In this document: piece after piece, positions 48,176 to 58,143 of the stretch
Layout: the number at the start of each line of letters is the position of its first letter
How positions within the stretch are numbered: the first letter of the stretch is position 1
Origin: Candidatus Omnitrophota bacterium
GTDB taxonomy: Bacteria > Omnitrophota > Omnitrophia > Omnitrophales > Aquincolibacteriaceae
Direction: 5' to 3'
NCBI GenBank assembly: GCA_903856085.1
Contig: CAIOAT010000013.1
Coordinates: 39,430 to 103,429 of the forward strand
Length of the DNA stretch: 64,000 nucleotides
Position numbers and translations under genes: made by a program
Notes under the pieces: model-generated
Told to the model about the DNA's origin: nothing
Database searches by the model: none
What the model saw: only the letters and a program-made list of their open reading frames with translations

Positions 48176-48517
48176 GTGAAAAAAATAGCCCTTCTCCTCT
48201 GTGGAATCCTTATTGCAAGCGCTACCGCCTTCGCACACCCGCCTTCCGATATCAAGATCCAGTTCGATGTCAAAACGCAGACGCTGAATGCCGTGATCAT
48301 GCACCGGGTGAGCAATCCCCTGACTCACTACATTTACAAGGTGGACATCGGGCTCAATGGAAAAGAGGTCAAATCCCTCAGCTTCAAGCAGCAAGCAACG
48401 AACCGGGAACAGCTCGCAACGGCAGTCCTTTCCGGCGTGAAAAAGGGCGATTCACTCAGCGTCGAGGGTTATTGCAACCTGAGTGGGAAATTAGAGAAAG
48501 AGATTAAAGTCGCCTAG
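48176..48517 (+). CDS. small secreted protein, hypothetical
   Basis: Signal peptide MKKIALLLCGILIASATAFA. Confidence 0.4.
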   Translation: MKKIALLLCGILIASATAFAHPPSDIKIQFDVKTQTLNAVIMHRVSNPLTHYIYKVDIGLNGKEVKSLSFKQQATNREQLATAVLSGVKKGDSLSVEGYCNLSGKLEKEIKVA

Positions 48518-48519
48518 CC

Positions 48520-49713
48520 ATGAAGACTCCTCCCCTGAAGGGCAAGGCGGTTATCGGACAATCCGGCGGATGTACTGCGGTCATTAATCAAAGTCTGGCC
48601 GGTGTCGTCATGGCCGCGCGCCATTCAAAGCATATCACCGGCGTCTTGGGCTCACGCAACGGGATCGAAGGCATTCTGAACGGTTCATTCATCGACCTGA
48701 AAACGAAACCGTCAAAATTGATCCGCGATATCGCCAACTCTCCTTCCGCCGCGCTCGGTTCCTCCCGCTACAAACTCAAACCCGGAGATGACCGGAAGAT
48801 CGTTGCGAGCCTCCGGAAACACAATATCCGTTATGTATTCTTGATCGGAGGAAATGATACGGCCAACACCAGTCTTCAGATCGCAAGAGCCGCGGAAAAA
48901 GACCATTATGAGATCCGGGTCATCCATATCCCGAAGACCATCGATAACGATTTAGTCGAAACCGACCATTGCCCGGGATACGGCTCCGTCGCGCGTTTCG
49001 CGGCCGTCACCACGCAAGAAGCAGCGCTCGACACCAAGGCGATGAAGAACGTGGATCCCGTGAAGATTATCGAGCTCATGGGAAGGAATTCCGGATGGAT
49101 TGTCGCAGCCTCGGCGCTTCTTAAAAAATCGCCCCTGGACGCACCCCACATCCTTCTCATCCCGGAAGTCCCGTTCGATGAGACCGCTTTCATCAGAAGA
49201 ACCGAAGCCATCCTGCAATCGATCGGTTATTGCATCATCGTGATCTCAGAAACGATCCGCGATTACGGCGGAAACCGCATCGGCCGAAAAACCGAGGGCG
49301 TGACCTCAGATCCCTTTGGCCACCGTTACGTGGAAGGTGCCTCCGCACGGCTCGCGAGTATTCTTGAAAAAAGATTGAAAGTGCGGGCACGCTTCGACAA
49401 ACCCGGAACGATCCAGCGCATGTCGATGGCTTATATCTCAGAGACCGATCAAAAGGAAGCTTATCAGGCGGGTGTGCACGCCGTAACATGGGCGCTTCAG
49501 GGAATGACCCAGGTCATGGTGGGATTTGATAGAAAATCAGGGGAAAATTACGCCATCACTTATAAGCCGGTGTCACTGGAAAAGATCCCAAGCCGCGAAC
49601 GTGACCTTCCCACTGAATTTTTTGATAAGAAAAAAGGGATGATCACTCCGGCCTTCGTGAATTACGCCCTCCCGCTTCTCGGCAAAAGCCTCCCCGATTT
49701 CGCTTCGTTTTAA
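48520..49713 (+). CDS. pfp: phosphofructokinase family enzyme, likely pyrophosphate-dependent (diphosphate--fructose-6-phosphate 1-phosphotransferase)
   Basis: GQSGGCTAVINQSL, IGGNDT where ATP-PFKs have GGDGS, and PKTIDNDL. Confidence 0.75.
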   Translation: MKTPPLKGKAVIGQSGGCTAVINQSLAGVVMAARHSKHITGVLGSRNGIEGILNGSFIDLKTKPSKLIRDIANSPSAALGSSRYKLKPGDDRKIVASLRKHNIRYVFLIGGNDTANTSLQIARAAEKDHYEIRVIHIPKTIDNDLVETDHCPGYGSVARFAAVTTQEAALDTKAMKNVDPVKIIELMGRNSGWIVAASALLKKSPLDAPHILLIPEVPFDETAFIRRTEAILQSIGYCIIVISETIRDYGGNRIGRKTEGVTSDPFGHRYVEGASARLASILEKRLKVRARFDKPGTIQRMSMAYISETDQKEAYQAGVHAVTWALQGMTQVMVGFDRKSGENYAITYKPVSLEKIPSRERDLPTEFFDKKKGMITPAFVNYALPLLGKSLPDFASF

Positions 49714-49727
49714 GGGGTGTCGGCTCT

Positions 49728-51323
49728 TCACACCGGAGAATCGAGAAGAACGACGTTTGGATTTTTTTCCTGAAAATTCCTGAGAAGCCATTCACTCAGG
49801 AAAAGAAGCACCCTCCGCCCCTGTTCATCCCGAGCCAGGGCAACGCCGTAAGAAAGGATATCCCCTAGATCCGCGTCAGTGAGTGCGCTCTCCGCCCATC
49901 TCAGGATCTTCCACGGTAACATTTCAAGTGTCGACTCCGCGCCGTATTCCTCTTTCAGCCGGTACTGCAAGACCTCGTATTGTAAAGGGCCCACGGCTCC
50001 CAGAAGCGCGGTGTTGGGATTGGCCGGTTTGATCCAGCTGAAGACCTGAACAATATCCTCGGCGAGTAAATGCTCCATGCCTTTTCGAAAGGGCTTATAT
50101 TTCCCCGGCGAGGGATTGTGGATCGAAGCAAAACATTCCGGAGCAAAACGCGGAATGGTGTTAAACACGATCGAAGGATCTTCGCTCACGGTATCCCCCA
50201 CACGAAAATCCGATTTCACGGCAAATCCGACAATATCCCCAGGATACGCCTCGTTGACGGTCTCGCGGCTCTGTCCCAAAAGCGTGTGCGATCCCGCGAT
50301 CCTGACGCTTTTTCCTGTCCTCGTATGAAAAACATCCATATCCCGGATAAACTTGCCCGAACAAATACGCAAAAAAGCGATCCGGTCACGGTGCAACGGA
50401 TTCATATTGGTCTGGATCTTGAAAATGAAACCTGAGAAATCTTTTGAGACGACGGGAATCGACCGCTCCCCCGCGTTTCTTTCTGCCGGTCCTGCGGAGT
50501 ACTTGATGAAACCATCGAGCAAAAGCTGCACCCCAAAGTTATTGGCGGCACTCCCGAAAAAAACCGGGGTTGTTTTCCCTTCAAGCACCGACTCCGGAGA
50601 AAAACCGACATGCGCCGTATCCAAAAGCTCTAATTCTTCTGACGCTTGGGCATAGGATTGTTCGTCCACGATCGTTTTCACTGCCGGGTCCGAAAAACCG
50701 TGCATCGACACCGGAGCCTTATAAGCACCCCCGGGAACTTTTTGAAAAAGGTGGACTTCCTTTTGAAGCCGATCATAAACTCCCCGGAATTCCCGGCCGC
50801 TCCCCAGCGGCCAGTTGACGGGATAGGCATGGATCCCAAGGACGGTTTCCAGCTCATCGATCAACGCAAGAGGAGAAAGACCCGGACGGTCGAGTTTATT
50901 CATAAAGGTAAAGATCGGGATTCCGCGGTGACGACAGATCTCAAAAAGCTTACGGGTCTGGCTTTCGATCCCTTTCCCGGAATCGATCACCATCACGACC
51001 GCATCCACCGCCATCAAGACGCGATAGGTATCTTCCGAAAAATCCTTGTGACCGGGCGTGTCGAGTAGATTGATCCGCCACGGACCGTAATCAAACTGAA
51101 GGAGCGTGGAGCTGATGGAGATTCCCCGCTTCTTCTCCATTTCCATCCAGTCCGAAGCCGTCTCCCGCTCCTGCTTGCGCGCGGTCACAGACCCGGCCAA
51201 CTGAACCGCACCGCCATACAGAAGAAATTTTTCCGTAAGCGTCGTCTTACCGGCGTCTGGATGCGAAATAATCGCGAAAGTCCGCCGTCTCAGAATTTCA
51301 TCTTGGATCAAACCTGCTTGCAT
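49728..51323 (-). CDS. prfC: peptide chain release factor 3 (GTPase)
   Basis: FAIISHPDAGKTTLTEKFLLYGGAVQLAG... and DTPGHKDF. Confidence 0.9.
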   Translation of the reverse strand: MQAGLIQDEILRRRTFAIISHPDAGKTTLTEKFLLYGGAVQLAGSVTARKQERETASDWMEMEKKRGISISSTLLQFDYGPWRINLLDTPGHKDFSEDTYRVLMAVDAVVMVIDSGKGIESQTRKLFEICRHRGIPIFTFMNKLDRPGLSPLALIDELETVLGIHAYPVNWPLGSGREFRGVYDRLQKEVHLFQKVPGGAYKAPVSMHGFSDPAVKTIVDEQSYAQASEELELLDTAHVGFSPESVLEGKTTPVFFGSAANNFGVQLLLDGFIKYSAGPAERNAGERSIPVVSKDFSGFIFKIQTNMNPLHRDRIAFLRICSGKFIRDMDVFHTRTGKSVRIAGSHTLLGQSRETVNEAYPGDIVGFAVKSDFRVGDTVSEDPSIVFNTIPRFAPECFASIHNPSPGKYKPFRKGMEHLLAEDIVQVFSWIKPANPNTALLGAVGPLQYEVLQYRLKEEYGAESTLEMLPWKILRWAESALTDADLGDILSYGVALARDEQGRRVLLFLSEWLLRNFQEKNPNVVLLDSPV

Positions 51324-51370
51324 GACTTGATTACCTTAAGGATTTTGAAATGACCAGAACGAGTCCGATT

Positions 51371-52291
51371 TTATGAAGCCCCACTGGATTGCTGCGATTC
51401 ACGGAGAAAACCCATGTTGCTTTTCCAACCCGGGATCGCTTTACACCAAAGTTCCAGAAATACTTTTTTACCGAGGAATCGTTCGATGTCGAGACGCGCC
51501 GCCGTGCCGATCTGCTTGATCTTTGCGCCACCCTGACCGATCACGATCGCTTTTTGAGAATCCCGCTCGATCACGATCGTAGCGTGAATACGGGTAATTT
51601 TCTCTTCTTCATTGAATTCATCGATCCGCACCGCTCCATCGTAAGGAAGTTCCTCTCCTAGGAAGTGATAGAGCTTTTCGCGTATCATTTCCTGCACATG
51701 AAAACGGACATTCTGGTCGGAGAGTTGATCCTCCGGATAAATGAACTCGCCCTTCGGGAGATACTCCAACGCCTGCTGGATCAAGGTCTTGACGTTCTCT
51801 CCGGTCTTGGCGCTGATAGGAATAAATTCTTTAAAAGCGAAAGCTTTCTGATAAGAATCCAGGGCCAGCAAAAGATCGTCCTTGGGAAAACGATCGATCT
51901 GATTGACTAGAAGAAATACGGGAATGGAAACATCCTGGATCCATTTCAGGATCGCGCGTTCCGCATCTCCCATGGCTTTGGGATAAACCATCCAGAAAAG
52001 AAGATCCGCGTCCGAAAGCGACTGATGGACATCGCGCACCATGCCCTCACCCAAAGCGTCTTTGGGTTGATGCACGCCGGGCGTGTCGAGGAAAACGATT
52101 TGCCCACGATAAGGGCTTTGGACCACCGCGCCATCAGAAACTGTCAGGATCCCGCGGACTACATCGCGTGTCGTTTGAGGTTTTGCAGAGGTCCCGGCCA
52201 ATTTTTCTCCCACAAGATAATTCAAAAGGGTGGATTTTCCGACGTTCGGTCTTCCGATGATCGCGACATGTCCTACTTTAGTCTCAGACAT
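51371..52291 (-). CDS. era: GTPase Era
   Basis: GRPNVGKSTLLN, DTPG and a C-terminal KH domain. ATG at 52291 with GGAGA upstream; 8-nt overlap with the upstream gene. Confidence 0.9.
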   Translation of the reverse strand: MSETKVGHVAIIGRPNVGKSTLLNYLVGEKLAGTSAKPQTTRDVVRGILTVSDGAVVQSPYRGQIVFLDTPGVHQPKDALGEGMVRDVHQSLSDADLLFWMVYPKAMGDAERAILKWIQDVSIPVFLLVNQIDRFPKDDLLLALDSYQKAFAFKEFIPISAKTGENVKTLIQQALEYLPKGEFIYPEDQLSDQNVRFHVQEMIREKLYHFLGEELPYDGAVRIDEFNEEEKITRIHATIVIERDSQKAIVIGQGGAKIKQIGTAARLDIERFLGKKVFLELWCKAIPGWKSNMGFLRESQQSSGAS

Positions 52292-53510
52292 TCTTTTTTT
52301 CTCCGTTGGATCCGGCATTCGTTGCTTCTTGATCTTGGGCCATAAAAGGTTGCGTCAGGATCGCGCCAAGTTTGGTGAGCCCGTACGTCACTTGTCCCGG
52401 CGTATTCGCGGCAATTTTAACGGTCCCGACAATACCGGCCTTGGTCTTGGAGATCAAAGACTTTTGAAACGCCTTCGTGAAAGCGCTGAAAACGCGGAAT
52501 TTGGGGTCCTCGATATCGCCATCGACTTTGATATTCAGCTCCACACTTTTTTGATTTTCTAAAAGAAATTGGATCGCACCGAAAGGATATTTGAGAAGCT
52601 TCTGGGCAGCCGTCGGCGCTGCGAACGTCATGGACTTAAGGGCCAGTAAATGCTCCGATCGAAGACCCCCCTCGACACATAAAAGGTGCGACTTGAGATC
52701 GAAGGTCCCGCTTTGCACTTCCCCGAGGATCCCCGAAAGGAGAAAATCATATTCCGACATAGACCCATCGGTGAGCTGCGCGTTGATATCAAAATTGTCC
52801 CCATCCGCGAATTGACACTTTCCGCCTCCCGAAAAACGGGCCGGAGGATTCTCTCCGAACGTTGCGTCCACATGGATCGTCTCCGTAAAGGTCGGACTGG
52901 TATAATTCGAAAGAAAATCAAAACCGGTCCAATAACCCTTGATATGCTCAAAGATCCACCGGTGCGAGTCGGATTCACGCCGGTCGTCAAAAATGAACGT
53001 CCCCTTCTCGAGTTCCAAACGGTCGATCCGAACACGCCAGGAACCTTCGCCGATATTGCCGTTGTCCGGATCCGGCATCGCACGCTGCGGGACCGGCGGC
53101 CCATCCACATCCAGCCCCATGTTGTGATACCAGTGTTTAACATTGGTGCGAGACCCCTGAGAAGTCATATAGCTCTCAATCGCAAAAACAACTTCATTGA
53201 AATGGGCCTTGCGAATCCGGATAAACTTATTCTTGAGTACCCCGAGATCCAGAGTCAGATCGATCCCCTTGCAAGTAAAATGGTCGCGTCGTTTGAACCC
53301 CGGAGGATTGAGAATCTCGAGTTTTTCAACACTTATACGTGAAAAAAACGGGGAAATACGCATTCCTTCAATATGCACCGGCATGTCAAAGACGCGGGTC
53401 ATTACTTTTTCTAAAAAAGGTTCGGCGGCGATACCCAGAAGTCGGGCGTGCAACATTCCGAGAACCACCAGTCCGATCAAAATAAGGAAAAACAGCCTTC
53501 GTTTCTTCAT
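52284..53510 (-). CDS. membrane-anchored hypothetical protein (N-terminal transmembrane helix; AsmA-like/DUF748-like?)
   Basis: Single N-terminal transmembrane helix, then a roughly 380 aa soluble region. No confident family. Confidence 0.4.
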   Translation of the reverse strand: MKKRRLFFLILIGLVVLGMLHARLLGIAAEPFLEKVMTRVFDMPVHIEGMRISPFFSRISVEKLEILNPPGFKRRDHFTCKGIDLTLDLGVLKNKFIRIRKAHFNEVVFAIESYMTSQGSRTNVKHWYHNMGLDVDGPPVPQRAMPDPDNGNIGEGSWRVRIDRLELEKGTFIFDDRRESDSHRWIFEHIKGYWTGFDFLSNYTSPTFTETIHVDATFGENPPARFSGGGKCQFADGDNFDINAQLTDGSMSEYDFLLSGILGEVQSGTFDLKSHLLCVEGGLRSEHLLALKSMTFAAPTAAQKLLKYPFGAIQFLLENQKSVELNIKVDGDIEDPKFRVFSAFTKAFQKSLISKTKAGIVGTVKIAANTPGQVTYGLTKLGAILTQPFMAQDQEATNAGSNGEKKNV

Positions 53511-54523
53511 CGAGGATTCAACCCTTTCCGGAAAATTTCTTCTTGCGCATAAAGTTCTTTCAACCGTCCAACATCCTCCGGGCTCAATGCTGGTTCGAAA
53601 GACGCCGCCGTATTCTCAAGCACTTGCGCCCGGGTCTTGGCTCCGGCGATCACTGTCGAAACTGCTCCGAATGAGAGCGTGAATTCCAACGCCGCTCTCA
53701 CAAGAGGCAAGATCCGAGACCCCAGTGTTTTTTGGATAAGCTGGATCTTTTGCCAATCAGCTTCCCGCTTTTCAGGAACCCATCGACGGCGGTGATCCTC
53801 CTTAGGAAACTCGTGCGAAGGATCGTATTTCTCGCTTAAAAGCCCTGAGGCAAGTGGCTCCCGGACAATGACCCCGATATCTTTTTTCTCCGCTTCAGGA
53901 AGAATTTTTGTGGTCATACGCTGATCCAATAGATTCAAAATGATTTGGATCGCATGCACCCTCGGATCTTCAAGCACCGCCAAGGCCTCCGCCTCCGTGT
54001 GAACCGAGATCCCGATAAAACGGATCTTTCCTTCTTTCTTCAGTCCTTCCAAAACGCTAACCAGATCGCCTTTTTGGATCAGCTCCAGCGAAGGATTATG
54101 AAGCTGAAAAAGGTCGATCACATCCGTCCCGAGACGCTTGAGACTTTGTTCGCAAGCGAAGCGGACATAATGGGTATCAAAATTTTTCCTGTGCCCGGTG
54201 TGGTTGAGCTTTTCAGGCGATCCCGGCAACAAAGAGGCGGGTTTTTGTGAAGGCGTGTAGAAATCCCAGCCACACTTAGTGGCCAGCGTACAACGGTCGC
54301 GGGCCCGGCCTTTCAGGAATTTTCCAAGAAGTTCTTCGCTGTGTCCTTCTCCGTAGGTGTCCGCCGTGTCAAAAAAATTAACTCCAAAATCCCATGCCGC
54401 CGCTAGAGCTTCGAGAGAATCTTTATCACGGACCGGACCATAGGCATTACCTCCGATGGCCCAACAACCAAAACCCATCTCGGAAACACGCAAACCCGTT
54501 TTTCCAAAACGGCGCTCTTTCAT
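53507..54523 (-). CDS. aldo/keto reductase
   Basis: GFGCWAIGG, the DTADTYG catalytic Asp/Tyr region, and IGISVH. Confidence 0.85.
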   Translation of the reverse strand: MKERRFGKTGLRVSEMGFGCWAIGGNAYGPVRDKDSLEALAAAWDFGVNFFDTADTYGEGHSEELLGKFLKGRARDRCTLATKCGWDFYTPSQKPASLLPGSPEKLNHTGHRKNFDTHYVRFACEQSLKRLGTDVIDLFQLHNPSLELIQKGDLVSVLEGLKKEGKIRFIGISVHTEAEALAVLEDPRVHAIQIILNLLDQRMTTKILPEAEKKDIGVIVREPLASGLLSEKYDPSHEFPKEDHRRRWVPEKREADWQKIQLIQKTLGSRILPLVRAALEFTLSFGAVSTVIAGAKTRAQVLENTAASFEPALSPEDVGRLKELYAQEEIFRKGLNPR

Positions 54524-54592
54524 GTAAGGGGCAACGGCTCCAATCCCGGAAGCTCTAAAAAAGAAGCTAAAGACTTGGGTGGGTTGATCGAA

Positions 54593-54922
54593 CTACTTGG
54601 GGAAAAGTTCGTCAATGGCTTTTTGGATCTTATCCTGAGCCTGATAACCAACGAGCTGTTTCGCGACTTCTCCATCCTTGAAGAAAATAACCGTCGGAAT
54701 GCCCTGGATCCCGTATTTCTGGGGAGTGCCCGGATTCTCATCCACGTTCATTTTTCCGACTGCAACGCGACCGGCATTGGCCACCGCGATCTTTTCGATC
54801 ACAGGCCCGAGCATCCGGCAGGGTCCGCACCATTCTGCCCAAAAATCGACCAGAACGGGTTGGGAGGATTGGAGCACTTCGGTTTGAAAATTCGCGTCGG
54901 TAAGGGTCTTTTCTTTACTCAT
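54593..54922 (-). CDS. trxA: thioredoxin
   Basis: WAEWCGPCRML active site. ATG at 54922 with GAGGAG upstream. Confidence 0.9.
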   Translation of the reverse strand: MSKEKTLTDANFQTEVLQSSQPVLVDFWAEWCGPCRMLGPVIEKIAVANAGRVAVGKMNVDENPGTPQKYGIQGIPTVIFFKDGEVAKQLVGYQAQDKIQKAIDELFPK

Positions 54923-55036
54923 AGGACAGCTCCTCATGGAAAATAACAGTGAAAACCTTGTTGTGACGGAGCTGTACTATACACCGAACAAGCTATTCTG
55001 TCCACACGACCGGAGAATCTCTAAAAGATCGAGTAG

Positions 55037-55408
55037 CTATTCGAGACCGAGGATCTCGGAAATGGCTTTAAATACTTTGTCCACGAACGGTTTTTGGACC
55101 ACCCTTGCAGCGCCGACTTTTTGGGCTAGGACTTCGAGATGCGTTTCCTGCATTGCCGTAAAAAAAATGACGGGAATATGAGCTGTTTCCTTAAGCGCCT
55201 TGAGACGGCGACAGGTCTCGTAACCATCTATATCGGGCATCGCGATATCCAGAAGAATAATGTCCGGCTTCCACGTCATTGCCTTCTCGATCCCGCTAGC
55301 ACCGTCGTGCGCTGTCTCGACCAAAAAACCATGAGATGCGACGCGCATTTTCAGAAGCGTCACCACCACAGGCTCATCATCCACAATCAAGATTTTTCTG
55401 GACGTCAT
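55037..55408 (-). CDS. single-domain response regulator (CheY-like receiver)
   Basis: ILIVDDEP...DIILLDIAMPDIDG...IPVIFFTA. Confidence 0.8.
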   Translation of the reverse strand: MTSRKILIVDDEPVVVTLLKMRVASHGFLVETAHDGASGIEKAMTWKPDIILLDIAMPDIDGYETCRRLKALKETAHIPVIFFTAMQETHLEVLAQKVGAARVVQKPFVDKVFKAISEILGLE

Positions 55409-55448
55409 GATTTCTCCTCACTTAAAAAATAAACGAGAGACTTGGACG

Positions 55449-57239
55449 TCATAATCCTTCTTCCCGCTTGGGAACATCTTCGCTGAGTTCTTTTTCAACA
55501 CAGACCCTGTTCCGTCCTTCTGTTTTCGCCCGGTAAAGGGCCTCATCCGCGCGAAGAACCATCAAATCGGGAATCGTCTCTCCGGGGCTCAATGTCGCGG
55601 CCCCAATGCTCATTGTCAGTGGGATCTTGACGCCCTCATAGCTAAAAGAGTTATGTTCGAACTGACGCCGGATCTTTTCCGCATAGTTAAAAGCCGCGTC
55701 GATCAGATGACATTTCTTGAACATAACAATGAACTCTTCACCGCCATAACGCCCCACGGGATTCATCTCCCCAGTCCCCTCTTCCGTCTGCGTCAAAAGC
55801 CGGAGATTCTCGGCAACATATTTAAGCGCTACGTCCCCCGCCACATGGCCGTACTTATCGTTGATTTTCTTGAAATGGTCCAAATCCAACAGAATGATGG
55901 AGAGCGGTTGCTGTTTCTTATGAGCTTCCACGACCGCCTCGTTAAGCAAGGTCCGGAAATGCCGGATGACATAAAGCCCCGTGAGGCCATCGCGGGTCGC
56001 CAGGGCAAAAAGACGCTCCTGTTCCCGTTTGCCGATTGTAATTGAAAAGACCGCCGAAAAAACGAAAAGCGAGAAGATCAAAAGAAGCGGATTGACCACA
56101 TAAACCCAAACCCCGCGATCGACAAAGAGCCAGAAGGCGAAAAGAACCCATAAAAATCCGAACCCCAGACCGACCATAAGTGAAAAAACTTTCCTCGAAA
56201 AAAGGAAGAGAAAAGAAAGCAAAATTCCGATCGCCAGCAACGCGATCCTGTTCCACCGCAGAGCTACGGGTCGCACAAACTGTTTCATGAGAATGCCGTT
56301 CATGATATTGGTCTGAACCCCGACCGCCGGATAGGCCTCTTCCATCGGGTTTGCCTTGATGTCCGTAAGCCCAAGAGCCGTGAGCCCGATCACGCAGATC
56401 TTGCCTTTGATCTTGTCCGGCGTGATAAGCGGGGGACGGCCCTCACGGATATCCGCATAACTTTTGATCACATCCAAATAAGAATAATGCTGGAAAGAAT
56501 CCTTCCACCTTCCCGCCCAATTGATGAAGATCCTTCCCTCCTGGTCCGTGGGAATGGAAAGCTTTTCCTTCAACATATCTTTGCCAAGATAGTCAAATGC
56601 CACCTTAGCGCCAAGGTAAGAATAGGTCTCTCCGTTATAAGAAAGCCGAGGAATCACCCTTCGGATCGTCCCGTCCTGATCTGGAAAGATGTTCACATGT
56701 CCCACTCCCTTCGCACTGTGTTCGAATTCGGGCATAGAGTGAACCCAGGTCTTTTCCGAACCCAGCGATTCCATCATGACCGGCAAATACACATTCCCAG
56801 CTTCCTTGATCGCCTGAGCCAGGGCCTCATCATCGAATGTAGTGCTGGATTCGCTAAAGATCACGTCGAAAACGATCGCCTTGGCGCCCCACTCGTGGAG
56901 GATATGAACCAATGCGGCGTGATTATGTCTCGGCCACGGCCAGCGCCCGAGCCCTTGAAGGCTGTCCTCGGCCATATCGATATGCACGATGGCCGGATGC
57001 ATCGTGATCGGAGGTCTTTGACGGAAAAAGAAGTCGATAAAAACGTTCTCGAATCGCTCCATGAGAGGCGTTTTCATCACAAGCATATGAAATCCAATGA
57101 TCAGAAGGCAGCAACAGAAATGGATCAAATGCAACCGGAAGGTCGTGCTGAAATAAAAAACTATCTGGCGTTGTTTGCGCCTGAAAAAACTGTCAGGGGT
57201 CTGTAAAAGTCCGGCCGGAGGATTCTTTAATTGAGTCAT
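55449..57239 (-). CDS. CHASE2-domain sensor diguanylate cyclase (GGDEF, active-site GGEEF)
   Basis: N-terminal CHASE2 region (IVHIDMAEDSLQGLGRWPWPR...), three transmembrane helices, and a C-terminal GGDEF domain (RDGLTGLY..., GGEEF, RYGGEEFIV). Confidence 0.8.
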   Translation of the reverse strand: MTQLKNPPAGLLQTPDSFFRRKQRQIVFYFSTTFRLHLIHFCCCLLIIGFHMLVMKTPLMERFENVFIDFFFRQRPPITMHPAIVHIDMAEDSLQGLGRWPWPRHNHAALVHILHEWGAKAIVFDVIFSESSTTFDDEALAQAIKEAGNVYLPVMMESLGSEKTWVHSMPEFEHSAKGVGHVNIFPDQDGTIRRVIPRLSYNGETYSYLGAKVAFDYLGKDMLKEKLSIPTDQEGRIFINWAGRWKDSFQHYSYLDVIKSYADIREGRPPLITPDKIKGKICVIGLTALGLTDIKANPMEEAYPAVGVQTNIMNGILMKQFVRPVALRWNRIALLAIGILLSFLFLFSRKVFSLMVGLGFGFLWVLFAFWLFVDRGVWVYVVNPLLLIFSLFVFSAVFSITIGKREQERLFALATRDGLTGLYVIRHFRTLLNEAVVEAHKKQQPLSIILLDLDHFKKINDKYGHVAGDVALKYVAENLRLLTQTEEGTGEMNPVGRYGGEEFIVMFKKCHLIDAAFNYAEKIRRQFEHNSFSYEGVKIPLTMSIGAATLSPGETIPDLMVLRADEALYRAKTEGRNRVCVEKELSEDVPKREEGL

Positions 57240-57349
57240 AGCTCTTTTTCCATAGACACTTCACGTCAGGGTTCTTCTTAGAGTTTCGGAATCCTTCGCC
57301 ATAAACTTTAAATCTATCCTGACTTATATTTTCTTTTGATTAATGGTAG

Positions 57350-58048
57350 TCAGGATTGCCCCAATTTCCGCTTCTTCCCGCATCGTTTCGCCAGAGGCTT
57401 CCCCGCGGACGAACATAGGCGCCTGATCTCGCAATGCCAACAATCCGGCCGTCGAGCCAAACAGCGCGCGCGTCCATGATGGATGATAAGATGCGCGTAG
57501 AGTGTCCAATCTTTTTTCGGCACTAATTCCATTAGGTCGACTTCGATCTTCACGGGATCGGTGTGGCGTGTCAATCGCAACAAGCGATTGATGCGTATCA
57601 TATGCGTATCAACCGGAATCCCGGGAATCCCAAAGGCATTCCCCAAAATGACATTGGCCGTCTTCCGGCCAACTCCCGGGATCGTGATGAGATCTTCCAT
57701 GCGAGCCGGCACTTTTCCTCTGAATCTTTCAAGAACCGCTTGCGCAGCACCAAGGATATTCTTGGTCTTATTTCTGTAAAAGCCCGTGCTGCGCACCATT
57801 TTCTCGACCTCCCCAGGATCCGCGGCCGCAAAGGCACGCACGTTTGAATATTTTTTAAAAAGGTCTGGCGTGACCTGATTGACGAGCTTGTCCGTACACT
57901 GGGCGGAAAGAACTGTCGCCACCAGAAGTTCCCACGGCGTCAAAAACTTAAGAGCGCATGCGGCATTTGGATAGGCCTTTTCCAGACAACGGAGGATGGC
58001 ACGCACACGCTTCCTTTGGACCGCAAGAGTCTCTTTCATGGATAACAC
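57350..58048 (-). CDS. nth: endonuclease III (DNA glycosylase/AP lyase)
   Basis: HhH-GPD (LPGVGRKTANVILG) and a C-terminal [4Fe-4S] CxxxxxxCxxCxxxxxC motif. Confidence 0.85.
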   Translation of the reverse strand: MLSMKETLAVQRKRVRAILRCLEKAYPNAACALKFLTPWELLVATVLSAQCTDKLVNQVTPDLFKKYSNVRAFAAADPGEVEKMVRSTGFYRNKTKNILGAAQAVLERFRGKVPARMEDLITIPGVGRKTANVILGNAFGIPGIPVDTHMIRINRLLRLTRHTDPVKIEVDLMELVPKKDWTLYAHLIIHHGRARCLARRPDCWHCEIRRLCSSAGKPLAKRCGKKRKLGQS

Positions 58049-58143
58049 TATACTACAGGCTGGCTACCACGTTGAGGCTAAATGTCATGCGTATTGTCCT
58101 CCACTTTTATTTCAAGTATACTTCGTAAATACGGAGAATTTTT

